Source of the DNA: Stramenopiles sp. TOSAG23-2
Taxonomy: Eukaryota
Direction: 5' to 3'
NCBI GenBank assembly: GCA_900128395.1
Contig: LT649247.1
Coordinates: forward strand, 1 to 63,154
DNA: 63,154 bases
Shown here: piece by piece, positions 23,468-33,609 of the stretch
Layout: the number at the start of each line of letters is the position of its first letter
Numbering within the stretch: position 1 is the first letter of the stretch
The notes under the pieces: model-generated
What the model was told of the DNA's origin: nothing
Databases searched by the model: none
Seen by the model: only the letters and a program-made list of their open reading frames with translations
Made by a program: the position numbers and the translations under genes

Positions 23468-23967
23468 AGAGGGAAGATGTGAAAAAGAGATAACGCACGG
23501 CGCGGTGTCGTGAATCCGGAATGTTCTTAGCTATATCAGCAAAGGACCCTTCCTTGGGATAATTGGATATTGGCGTATTGGCAGTGCAAGGAGAGACGGA
23601 AAAAGATAGACGATGTATGTACGCGCATAGGCTGTATATGTAGAAAAGTAGAAAATATAAAATTATACATGTGTAGAGCTAATTCCTATCAAATATGTTA
23701 ATATACTAATTTTTGTACTATTACACTTGGAATATGCGATAATTCTCGAGGGTTCGACACACACGCCGACGATGATTTCCAAGGATAGAAGATAAAGATA
23801 TAGTTGTTATTTGTTCTATTTGTATGAATTTTATAAATAGAAATAATATCCAAGAGAGAAAGATTAACAAAATAATATATATATATATCTGTCTTCCGTC
23901 TGTGTATTCGTATATATATTATAACATTTATAAATATATATAATATAATATTAACAATAATAGAACC

Positions 23968-24993
23968 ATGACCTACAATATGTATGGCCTAGATCAAGTG
24001 GCTAATTTTAGGGATTTATGTGGTGATGATGAACACCCCATGAAAGTAAAAGGTGGGTATTTAAAACGTAATATAATTTACAGAACATCACATTTACATT
24101 TTGGAACAACACGAGATATTGGATTTATACGTGACGTGATTGGTATTAAAACATACATCGATTTGAGATCAGATGAAGGAACCATGGAACGGCTTGATGG
24201 GGAAGTTTTTGATACATATGGCCCTTCCCCAATTCCTCGTGTGGAACAAGGTATATATCGAAGGAGAGGCGAAACACGTCGTATAAATTTGCCATTAAAT
24301 AAATATGTATCACCACGTAAGTTGACACAAGCAGAACGTGATGGGGATAAACATGCATTACCAGATACATGGTTTCAATTAAAACAACGAGATCCGGTAA
24401 CATTGAGATATATACCATTTGGAAAGGATGGGGCAACAATGGAAGAACGATTGTTTATTAATAATGAAGGATCTTTACATTTTTGCCAAGATATAATTTT
24501 GGATTGTTTAAAAGAATTTACTTATGAACAGAATTATCCAATGTTATTTGGATGTGCAACGGGAAAAGACAGAACAGGATTATTAGGTTGCTTATTGTTA
24601 GGTGCACTTGGTGCAAATGATGAAGATATTGTAAAAGATTATCTAATATCTAATAAAAGTGTAATACATAATGGTGCATTAGCAAGAAGAAATTTTATCA
24701 TTGCTCGTAACATGTATCCAGAGGAATATGAAGATATGAAAGAAGACGATATGCCATTTAGCCCTGCATCGTCTGATTCAAAAAATCAAAGCATGGCATC
24801 TGTTTATCGTAGTGTAATGGTGAAAACAATTGAAGTTATTAAAAGAGATTTTGGTGGATTTAAGAAATATTTTGATCTGATTGGATTTACTAAAAAGGAT
24901 AGAAAAAATTTTCGTAAACTTGCTGTCGTAAAGCACCCAGAGAAAAAGAAAGATATCCATATATCACAATATCAACCAACATCCAAGTTATAA
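23968..24993 (+). CDS. Protein tyrosine/serine phosphatase, IphP/Y_phosphatase3 type; C-terminal SKL
   Basis: ANFRDLCG, IDLRSDE, catalytic CATGKDRTG (CX5R), IVKDYLIS. Confidence 0.88.
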   Translation: MTYNMYGLDQVANFRDLCGDDEHPMKVKGGYLKRNIIYRTSHLHFGTTRDIGFIRDVIGIKTYIDLRSDEGTMERLDGEVFDTYGPSPIPRVEQGIYRRRGETRRINLPLNKYVSPRKLTQAERDGDKHALPDTWFQLKQRDPVTLRYIPFGKDGATMEERLFINNEGSLHFCQDIILDCLKEFTYEQNYPMLFGCATGKDRTGLLGCLLLGALGANDEDIVKDYLISNKSVIHNGALARRNFIIARNMYPEEYEDMKEDDMPFSPASSDSKNQSMASVYRSVMVKTIEVIKRDFGGFKKYFDLIGFTKKDRKNFRKLAVVKHPEKKKDIHISQYQPTSKL

Positions 24994-25015
24994 AAATAAA
25001 AATAATTTTAGTTTA

Positions 25016-25090
25016 CGCATTAATTTATTTTTAATTTACTCATGATAATTCCTACTCTTCAAAAGAATAAAATAAAACTGAAATAATCTA
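25016..25090 (+). repeat. Dispersed 3'-flanking element, copy A (itself duplicated in a 109-bp tandem, 25021..25238)
   Basis: taatttatttttaatttactcatgataattcctactcttcaaaagaataaaataaaactga; matches copies at 30271, 33317, 41808, 46497 and 50521 (rc). Confidence 0.85.
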
Positions 25091-25602
25091 GACTACGCTT
25101 CGTAATCTCACGCACTCTAGTATATGATGTAATTTATTTTTAATTTACTCATGATAATTCCTACTCTTCAAAAGAATAAAATAAAACTGAAATAATCTAG
25201 ACTACGCTTCGTAATCTCACGCACTCTAGTATATGATGTTATATATATATTAACACATATACAAGAGCGAGAGACTGTGTGTTTGTCTTTTTTATGATAA
25301 TGATAAAATATAAAATATTATGAGATATTCGGAAGAATGGGCCAAGAACCAAGAAAATCTACTCGGGTTTGATTTTTATTACAAAATAAAAAGAGTATTT
25401 TTTATTTTTTTTCAAAAAAAAAAATATTCGTTCGCGTGTTCGCGTGATAATAATGTACGAAATTTAATAAATATATATTTTTAAAAAAAAATACACAAAG
25501 TAAAAGGTGGATGTATACCTTATTGTCTCTTGTAAAAAGAAATTTTTATGCAAAAACATTATTACCCCCTCTAAATGCAACATCAATTTATGTCATGTGG
25601 TT

Positions 25603-26484
25603 TTATTCTTCATCATCCTCTTCTCTTAAGAAAAATGGTGACGATGCATCTAAAAATTTCACATCTAAATGAACACCTTTTCCCATAGTTGTACTAAGTG
25701 TAGCTTGTCGTAAATATTTACCTTTTGCACCTTCTGGTTTATTATTTACTATTGCTAACATCAATGCACGTAAATTTTCAATTAAATCTTCATCATCAAA
25801 GCTTACTTTACCAAATCCAGCTTGTAAAAATCCAAATTTATCAACACGATATTCTACTTGGCCTTGCGATGCTGCACCAATCGCACCAGCAACATCCATC
25901 GTTATCGTACCTGATTTAGGATTTGGCATTAAACCACGTGGACCTAATATTCTTGCTACACGGCCAACTATTGGCATCATATCTGGTGTCGCTATACATT
26001 TTGTAAAATCAATGTTGCCTTTTAAAATATCATCTACTAGATTTTCTCCACCTACTAATTGCGCACCAGCATTTTTTGCTTCTTCAATCTTTTCCCCTTG
26101 TGCAAAAACTGCGATACGTTCTGATTTTCCAGTACCTTTGGGCATCGTAACAGAGCCTCTTAAATTTTGATTTGGTTTCCGCGGGTCTAAACCTAATCCT
26201 ATTGCAATTTCAACAGTTTCATCGAAATTTGCTTTCGCATTTGTCTTGATCTCCTTGATTCCATTTAACACAGATCTTAACCCATCATCTGTTTCTTTAT
26301 TTGCTGATGATTCAGTCGAAAAAAATTGTTGAAAATTATTATTACTATTATTATTACATTTGTTATTATTAACTACGACAATAGAATTATTATTATAACA
26401 ATAAATGGATTTATTATTATAAATAATTTGTTTCATATATTGTTTACGTGTAGTACGTAATACGTTCTTTGTAATAAATTGCAT
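25603..26484 (-). CDS. MRPL1: Mitochondrial ribosomal protein uL1m with N-terminal transit peptide
   Basis: AKANFDETVE, LGLDPRK, CIATPDMMP, LGPRGLMPNPKSGT, STTMGKGV; bacterial-type L1 with a basic presequence. Confidence 0.92.
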   Translation of the reverse strand: MQFITKNVLRTTRKQYMKQIIYNNKSIYCYNNNSIVVVNNNKCNNNSNNNFQQFFSTESSANKETDDGLRSVLNGIKEIKTNAKANFDETVEIAIGLGLDPRKPNQNLRGSVTMPKGTGKSERIAVFAQGEKIEEAKNAGAQLVGGENLVDDILKGNIDFTKCIATPDMMPIVGRVARILGPRGLMPNPKSGTITMDVAGAIGAASQGQVEYRVDKFGFLQAGFGKVSFDDEDLIENLRALMLAIVNNKPEGAKGKYLRQATLSTTMGKGVHLDVKFLDASSPFFLREEDDEE

Positions 26485-27221
26485 TTTCTTTTTAAAGTTT
26501 TTAATATTATATATAATATTATTAATGAAAATGAATGAATAAAACGGAAGAAATAAACATCCTATTAATGTTTCTATTTATTTTCCTCAATATATATATA
26601 TTCCTATATATATATACATGTATAATAATTATAATTATAATGGCCTCATCATTATTTAATTTTTTTTTAATAAATCTGAAAATTTTTTTGCTGTATTTAT
26701 ATTATGTGCTTATGTTGCAAAAATAAAAAATTGGTACTTGTATTTGTACAAGTATACTAATATCGTACCGATCTGTTTACCTAAAATATCTATACCACTA
26801 TATTAGCACATTAGCACTATGATCTATAATCACAGCCTTTTTTTTTCATTGTTATTATCAGAGGCCAGCCCAGCCAGCTGGCCAGCAGCCATTCCAGCAT
26901 TACAGTATAAGTATCATCAGTTTCTGGCGTTCTTTTATTCTGGCATTATATAGTATATTATTCTAACCATCATCATATTATTTATTATCATCAGGGTATA
27001 AGGAGAAGTTATTATTATATTATGATGTGATGTTATTTATTATATTTTATTATAGCTTTATTTATTATTATATTATATAATATAATATTTATATAATAAT
27101 AGGGATGGAGGCATTGAAGGAACCAGTAGCAACCTTTGCAGTTCTAAGCTGATACTCAGGATCGTATACTCGAACAAAAAGATTCTGATTTAAGTAGATC
27201 ATTTAACAAGAAAAATAAAAG

Positions 27222-28115
27222 ATGCAAGTACAACAACTTCCAAAGAAAACGGTCTTATTCATTTCCGTACCAGGAAATACAGACGAAAATACACTTACTT
27301 CGATTACAAAGGTTTTGATTAATACTATTGTTCTATGCGCGATGATGTTTATATGGCATGTGGTAATGGTATCTTTGGATAGAAATATTATCGGTTTGTT
27401 TATAAATCTCCTAACAATTATTGGAGTATTTCTTTGCGCCATTCTCGGTATAACACAAAAGAATATAGCATTGATTAAAATGCTATCTTGCTGTAGTTTT
27501 TATATGGTGGGTAACATTGTCTTAGGAATTTTCTGGGTACTTTTGATTTCAAATGGTAGGTATCAACGCTGTTTAGACTGCCAGCGTACGGGACAAGAAG
27601 AATGCCGTTCCGATCAAAACAACGCCAATAGTGGTATATTAGATACAACAGATTGTGATCAGTATCAAATTGGGAGAATAGGGAGTGCCATTTATTATCT
27701 CGTTATGGCATTTATATGTCTACTTTTGTTTATAGGTCTTGGCACTTTCAGTTGTCAATTATGTACTACTAATTCAAATTATTTTGAGAGGAAAATTAGT
27801 CCAATAGGACAGCAACAATACTATTTCCAAAGTGGGCCAACGATTGTAGCAACTCAGCCTATGGTAATCGCTGGACAACCAATAATAGCCTATAGACAAC
27901 CCACAATGGTTTCGGGGCAACGTACGATAGTCTCATCGGGGCAACGTACGATAGTCTCATCGGGGCAACCTACGATAGTCTCATCGGAGCAACCTACGAT
28001 TATTGATAACAATGCTTTGCCCCCACCATTTGAACCCACAATTGTCTCGGCATCCATAAGTGTACAAAGCCAACAATTTACAAATGGGAACAAAGGTACG
28101 AGTAGTAATATTTAA
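27222..28115 (+). CDS. Four-TM membrane protein with a Cys-rich loop and repetitive Pro/Gln/Thr C-terminus
   Basis: Four hydrophobic helices; SSGQRTIV-type 24-bp repeats at ~27905-28000. Confidence 0.65.
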   Translation: MQVQQLPKKTVLFISVPGNTDENTLTSITKVLINTIVLCAMMFIWHVVMVSLDRNIIGLFINLLTIIGVFLCAILGITQKNIALIKMLSCCSFYMVGNIVLGIFWVLLISNGRYQRCLDCQRTGQEECRSDQNNANSGILDTTDCDQYQIGRIGSAIYYLVMAFICLLLFIGLGTFSCQLCTTNSNYFERKISPIGQQQYYFQSGPTIVATQPMVIAGQPIIAYRQPTMVSGQRTIVSSGQRTIVSSGQPTIVSSEQPTIIDNNALPPPFEPTIVSASISVQSQQFTNGNKGTSSNI

Positions 28116-28744
28116 AACACACACCATAAATGTATTACGTGCACATACTTTGTGTGAATTTCAGCACGCATCAACATAAAAAATGTATTGCTGGATTGAC
28201 TACTTTAAATATTTTAATAAAACTTGAAGGCCATACAATAATATCGAAAAATCCCCGAAGACCAACAATAATATTCTATCAGGGCGGGAGGAGGAGTAAA
28301 GGAAATTCCTTAAACAAAATCCGAATTTATTGCATATAATGTATATTGGTAATATAATGCTATTTATACTAATTAGAATACACTTATGATTTAAGGGTAT
28401 TTATTATTAATAAATAATGTAATAAAATTTAAATTGATACAAAAAATTGAATATAGCTATAAAAATCTTAGTTCAATATTTTTTAAAGAAATCATTTTAC
28501 ATACTAAAGACATTACACTTCTAATTCTTTCCCCGCATCTAATTTGTAAATTGTGTTTTGTGTGTGTGTGTGTGTCTTTCATTATTTTTTATACCATATC
28601 AATTTACTCGTATCGTTCATTTATTTTTGACGTTGTAGTGCTGTTAATATAAAGATAATATTAACCATTATATATATATATATATTATAAGTTTAGGTCA
28701 CTTTTTGTTGTTTGTATCTTTTTTCAACATTTCTTTAAGAAATC

Positions 28745-30184
28745 ATGTCGAGTGAAGAAGAATACAATTACGAAGATGAAAGTGGTGAAGATTATGTTTA
28801 CTCCGATGATGATGGTGGTAACGATTCTGATCAATCATCAGAAATAGGATCTGATGTTGAATTAGAAAATAAATTTTGGGAAGCTGATGGTTGTAAAAAT
28901 GATGAGCCAACAGAAGCGTTGAAACTATTTAAAGAATATTTAGTAAATGAAGAAAATAGGGTAAAAGATCCAAATAAGCAGCGATTGGAACATGAAGAAG
29001 TCGGCTCCTTAAGATTCCATGCCTTGCAAGAGGTCATCTTAATAAGTAATAATTTTAAACAGTACGAGGATATGTTAACAAATTATCAATTGTTACTTGA
29101 TTTTTTACCAAATGTTACTCGTAATGAACGTTCTAGTGCAATATCAAATATTATATCTTCGTTATCAGCAAACTCATCATCAAAATTAGTAGGCCAAGAG
29201 CGTGATCATGAAATTGTAATGAAGATATATGAAATGACATTGGCAGTATTGGAAGAGTCTAATATCGATTCTAGTTTGACATTTTCGACAAAAAAAAAGT
29301 TAGGAATGTTGTATTTAGAGAAAAAAGATTATCCAAAAGCATTGTCGATAGCGCGGGAATTACATCAAATGTGTAAAGTTAATGGTCAGGACGATGTTAG
29401 TAGTAAATCTGAATGGTTGTTAGAAATGTATTCATTAGAAATACAAATATGCAATGCAATGAATGACTCGGATCGTGTAAAAAGTATATTTGCAAAAACT
29501 TCTATGCTAAGCAATGCAATTAAAGATCCGCGAACGATGGGTGTTATTCATGAATCAGGTGGCAAGATGTATATGAAAGAAAAAAATTGGAACGAGGCAT
29601 ATAATCAATTCTTCGATGGATTTAAAAATTATCAAGAAACTGGAGATCCACGTGCACAATCATGTTTGAAATACGTTGTGCTTGCCAATATGCTTGCATC
29701 ATCTGATATCAATCCTTTCGATGGACGTGAAGCAAAAGCATACCAAGATTATCCTCAAGTCAAAGCTGTTATTGAATTGCGCAAAGCATATGAAGATGGA
29801 GACGCCAAATTATTTGAAAAATCCTTAAGAAACAAAGATGCAAATTTGATGGAAGATGAATTTTTAGTACCATTTATTGAACCATTAATGTTAGAAATTC
29901 GTTCGAAAGTATTGCGTAAAATGGTAAAACCATATAAATCTGTTCGTTTAAATTTTATTTCCAGGCATTTAAATGTCCCAGACGAAGATGTGGAGGCTAT
30001 TGTAATGCGTTTAATTATGGATGGAATGTTAGTTGGAAAAATAGACCAAATTAATGGAATCTTGCATTTAGGAGCAGTTGGTAAAGATGAAAAATATAAA
30101 GCATTGGAAACATGGACTGCAAAATTAAAAAAAATGAAAAATTCATTTGCGGCACATCCATCTCAGATTGTAATTGATGCCTAA
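28745..30184 (+). CDS. COPS2: COP9 signalosome subunit 2
   Basis: Acidic N-terminus, LENKFWEA, LLEMYSLEIQ, MGVIHESGGKM, CLKYVVLANML, DINPFDGREAK; PCI domain ending GKIDQING. Confidence 0.93.
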   Translation: MSSEEEYNYEDESGEDYVYSDDDGGNDSDQSSEIGSDVELENKFWEADGCKNDEPTEALKLFKEYLVNEENRVKDPNKQRLEHEEVGSLRFHALQEVILISNNFKQYEDMLTNYQLLLDFLPNVTRNERSSAISNIISSLSANSSSKLVGQERDHEIVMKIYEMTLAVLEESNIDSSLTFSTKKKLGMLYLEKKDYPKALSIARELHQMCKVNGQDDVSSKSEWLLEMYSLEIQICNAMNDSDRVKSIFAKTSMLSNAIKDPRTMGVIHESGGKMYMKEKNWNEAYNQFFDGFKNYQETGDPRAQSCLKYVVLANMLASSDINPFDGREAKAYQDYPQVKAVIELRKAYEDGDAKLFEKSLRNKDANLMEDEFLVPFIEPLMLEIRSKVLRKMVKPYKSVRLNFISRHLNVPDEDVEAIVMRLIMDGMLVGKIDQINGILHLGAVGKDEKYKALETWTAKLKKMKNSFAAHPSQIVIDA

Positions 30185-30270
30185 AAAGTTTAGAGGATTT
30201 GATATCATACATGCATATACATTTTTTACGCAAGATGTATTTTTTTATTTGGGGGTATAATTAATCAAAA

Positions 30271-30375
30271 TGCATATATGATAACTAACTTATTTTTTAA
30301 TTTACTCATATGACCTAATTCCTACATACTCGCCCCAGAAAGAATACAATAACTGAGACAATAATATCTATCTCA
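30271..30375 (+). repeat. Dispersed 3'-flanking element, copy B
   Basis: ttattttttaatttactcatatgacctaattcctacatactc...cagaaagaatacaataactgagacaataatatctatctca. Confidence 0.85.
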
Positions 30376-30737
30376 TGGTGTATAAATATTCTTTTTAATA
30401 AAAAAATATTTTTTTAAATACGAAGCTCGTAAGAAACAAGCATATACACACTTTAATCAAAAAATATATATTTTTTTGACAACGAAGAATTTAAAATTAA
30501 GAAATTGATGTGTGATATGTGCTGGTATGAGGTATGAGTTTGTATGCCTCATCAAGTTCTTTTTTTTCACACCTCAAATTCTCATCAATATCGCACATAC
30601 CCAGTTTTTCAAATTGTAATATTATTAATATTTTCGTAAATTGCTTTTAAAGACATTTGTGATTTTTCTATTAAGTGGATCATAACACTTGTTCCGTTCT
30701 CTATGTATGTAATAATCATATCACGTGATCATGCCAT

Positions 30738-31139
30738 CTAAGTCGCTTTGTACAAAAGAATTGCATTCTTACCACTATAGAAAAAAAGAAACGTTTTTGC
30801 TTCGTGTGTAACAAACGCTTTAAAGTTACCACCAACAACACAGTGCCACGTTGGGCCATGTTTATCATCAAAGTACAATTTTATTTCTTTAGATATAGCT
30901 GATTCATCACCATCACATTTTTGCGTTGCCTGGGCTGCTACTGTTTCAGCTTCACTGATCATACCACTATGCTCATCCTGTAATATACGGGTGTAAATAT
31001 GAAAATGGGAAATGTTAGTTGTTAATAATAAGTTAAGTTTACATTGTTTGGCAGTGTGAAATATATATATGTAGGATTAATTGTGTATACATACCATATC
31101 AGTGACGCGCTTTTGATTTCCCGAAGTACCTGCTGACAT
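30738..31139 (-). CDS. Dynein light chain type 1 (LC8 family); exons 31139..31095 and 30977..30738
   Basis: FDDKHGPTWHCVVGGNF...VTHE...LLYK; phase-0 GTATGT..CAG intron 30978..31094 gives N-terminus MSAGTSGNQKRVTDM|DEHSGM. Confidence 0.9.
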
Positions 31140-31761
31140 TTTCAAACACTACTTCTCTATATATAATATGTGTGTTCTTTGATTTAATCTTGGTGATATA
31201 AACAAAGACTCGACTGTTTGTTTCGTTAAAGGTCATACAAAGTTGCTAATGTTGTTGTGTATTATGTAATATATATATATATGTTATGTGTATATATATC
31301 TATATAAAGCGTTAAAACTACCCAGCCTATTTCTATGTTAAAATAAAATGGTTTTGCAATGTATACATATTAATACAAGTTTAAAAACTTATTCAAAATA
31401 CTAATTTTGGAAAAAAAAGCTGTAGCCGTTGGGTTTCTCATGCTATGTTTATGCTAAAACCAGCCTTTTTGTCCTTTTCATTTTGCTATCTTTTTTACTA
31501 GTCTAATATTGTTAGTCCTGGTAGTATATGACTTATCAACAAAAAACAACACAAACAACTGCAAAAACACTCAAACTGGCCCAAAAACAACAACACTTCT
31601 TTTTTTCCCCCTACTACTATTTATTATCATTCAATCCAATTTAATAACGTCCATACTAATATTTATAAAATGTTGCATCTAATAGCAATTCCAATAATGA
31701 AAACATTTCAAATATATGATATCTCATATACATATATTCATCCATACAGAAATACTTTAAA

Positions 31762-33234
31762 ATGGATGCTATATTGAACCAAGCAACTGCAGGTCTAGAG
31801 AAAGATATAAAGCCACAAAGAGAGCCAACACCGGAAAAAGTAGAGGAGGAAGCAGAAGAGGAATCGGAGGAAGAAGCAGAAGAGGAATCAGAGGAAGAAG
31901 ATGAGGAATCGTCTGAAATTTCAGAATTTGTGATACCGAAGGAAAGGACAATGTGGCAAAAATTTACGCAAATAAGGACGATTAAGGGGCTTGATGGCGA
32001 AGATATTCATCCTTGGTGGGTTAAACCACAAGGAGAACATGGAGCATTGAGAACAGTAGATGTAATGGAACGATATCGAGCGAAAATGAAACGTAGACGA
32101 GACTTATTGGATGAATGGCAGGAAAAAATTGATGAGGAAGAAAAAGCATATGAAGAAGAAGAAGCAGCGCGTTTAAGAAAATACCATTTTGATGCTAAAG
32201 TAAGAGGCTTGAAAAGGGTGAAAGAGGAGAAGAAAAGGATTAGAACAACTAAAATAAAACAAGACTATAAACGTAAAATAGCGGAATCAAGAGTTTATAA
32301 TTTGCTTATTATTGGTAGAGAAGGGGCAGAGCGTAAAAAAAAGGCAGATGCAGAAAAAAAAAGAATAGCTGATGAAGAAAAACGTTTGCGTGAATATACT
32401 GCATACATGAAAGCTAAAAATGATAGATTAAAGGAACAACAAGATGCAGAAGAGGAGCAAAGGCAAATAGATGCAAAAGCTGATTTGTTGATGCGAAAAT
32501 TTGGTGTTATGGAAGCAGTGCCTAAACCGTATGTACCGAAAAAAGAAGCTCCACTACAAGGAGATGAAGAATTTGTTGATTTATATTATGAACATCCACA
32601 ATTGGAAGATGGGACAAAATTAGATGCAGTTTTATCAGCTGATTTAAATGATTATCCATATTGCCGGGCAATAAACTGTTTTAAAATTGGCAAATATGGG
32701 GCAAAAGAATTGTCAATTACAATAAGTCCACGCCAAATTTTAGGTACAACTGATATTGCTCCCGGGGCATGTGAGGGTTTAAGAGAATTAAATATGGCTG
32801 GTGCAAAAATTTTAGCACAAGGTATAAATGACATGAGAAAAGCGTTTTTGAAAGGTGCAGTACCAAAATTACAAATATTAAAATTAGATGATAATAACTT
32901 TGGTTGTACAGGCGCACGTTGCATTGCTGAATGTTTGGAACACGAGCATGCATTATCAAAATTAAAATATCTTTCAATGCGAGGAAATTCAATACAAGAT
33001 CATGGTGGCATGAGCTTAGCATCAGGTTTGTATAAAGGATTAACTGGTAAACTAGAAGAATTAGATTTATCACAAAATATCATGCGGCGAGGTGGTGTTT
33101 TATCATTAACAAGAGCGCTTCAAACGTTGCCATATAAGAAAAAATTTAAAGTTTTAAGAGTTCGAAATAATCGGTTGAAAGTAGAGGCAATGCGACATTT
33201 ATCAAAGACAAGCCCACCTTTCTTAGTTTTTTAA
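31762..33234 (+). CDS. Coiled-coil plus RI-like leucine-rich repeat protein
   Basis: LQILKLDDNNFG, LKYLSMRGNSIQD, LEELDLSQNIM LRRs; charged helical N-terminal half. Confidence 0.8.
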   Translation: MDAILNQATAGLEKDIKPQREPTPEKVEEEAEEESEEEAEEESEEEDEESSEISEFVIPKERTMWQKFTQIRTIKGLDGEDIHPWWVKPQGEHGALRTVDVMERYRAKMKRRRDLLDEWQEKIDEEEKAYEEEEAARLRKYHFDAKVRGLKRVKEEKKRIRTTKIKQDYKRKIAESRVYNLLIIGREGAERKKKADAEKKRIADEEKRLREYTAYMKAKNDRLKEQQDAEEEQRQIDAKADLLMRKFGVMEAVPKPYVPKKEAPLQGDEEFVDLYYEHPQLEDGTKLDAVLSADLNDYPYCRAINCFKIGKYGAKELSITISPRQILGTTDIAPGACEGLRELNMAGAKILAQGINDMRKAFLKGAVPKLQILKLDDNNFGCTGARCIAECLEHEHALSKLKYLSMRGNSIQDHGGMSLASGLYKGLTGKLEELDLSQNIMRRGGVLSLTRALQTLPYKKKFKVLRVRNNRLKVEAMRHLSKTSPPFLVF

Positions 33235-33316
33235 AAAAGAGAGAGTATCATAAGAATTTAGATTATGAAGGGGCGAGGGGAGATGTACATATTTATAAAA
33301 TTTAATTTAAATTGAG

Positions 33317-33410
33317 ATGCATTAAAATTTAATTTTGTTTTAATTTGTACTCTCATGTAATTCTTACTCTCTTCCAAAAGAATGACAATAACTGAGGCAG
33401 TGATACTCAC
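33317..33410 (+). repeat. Dispersed 3'-flanking element, copy C (diverged)
   Basis: ttttaatttgtactctcatgtaattcttactctcttccaaaagaatgacaataactgagg. Confidence 0.75.
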
Positions 33411-33609
33411 ACACTGGTGGTGCGTTGATATTCCACCAAGATTTAAGAACAGATCGAATTTACGAAGGACTTTCGTATGATAGTTCTTTTTTTTAATATA
33501 TTACGAACAAATATTTATATGTGGAGATATAATTATGATAGAGTTAATGATAATATACGAAGCGTTCTCATAGTAAACTTTATTTTTACACACACACACA
33601 CCATTTTTT

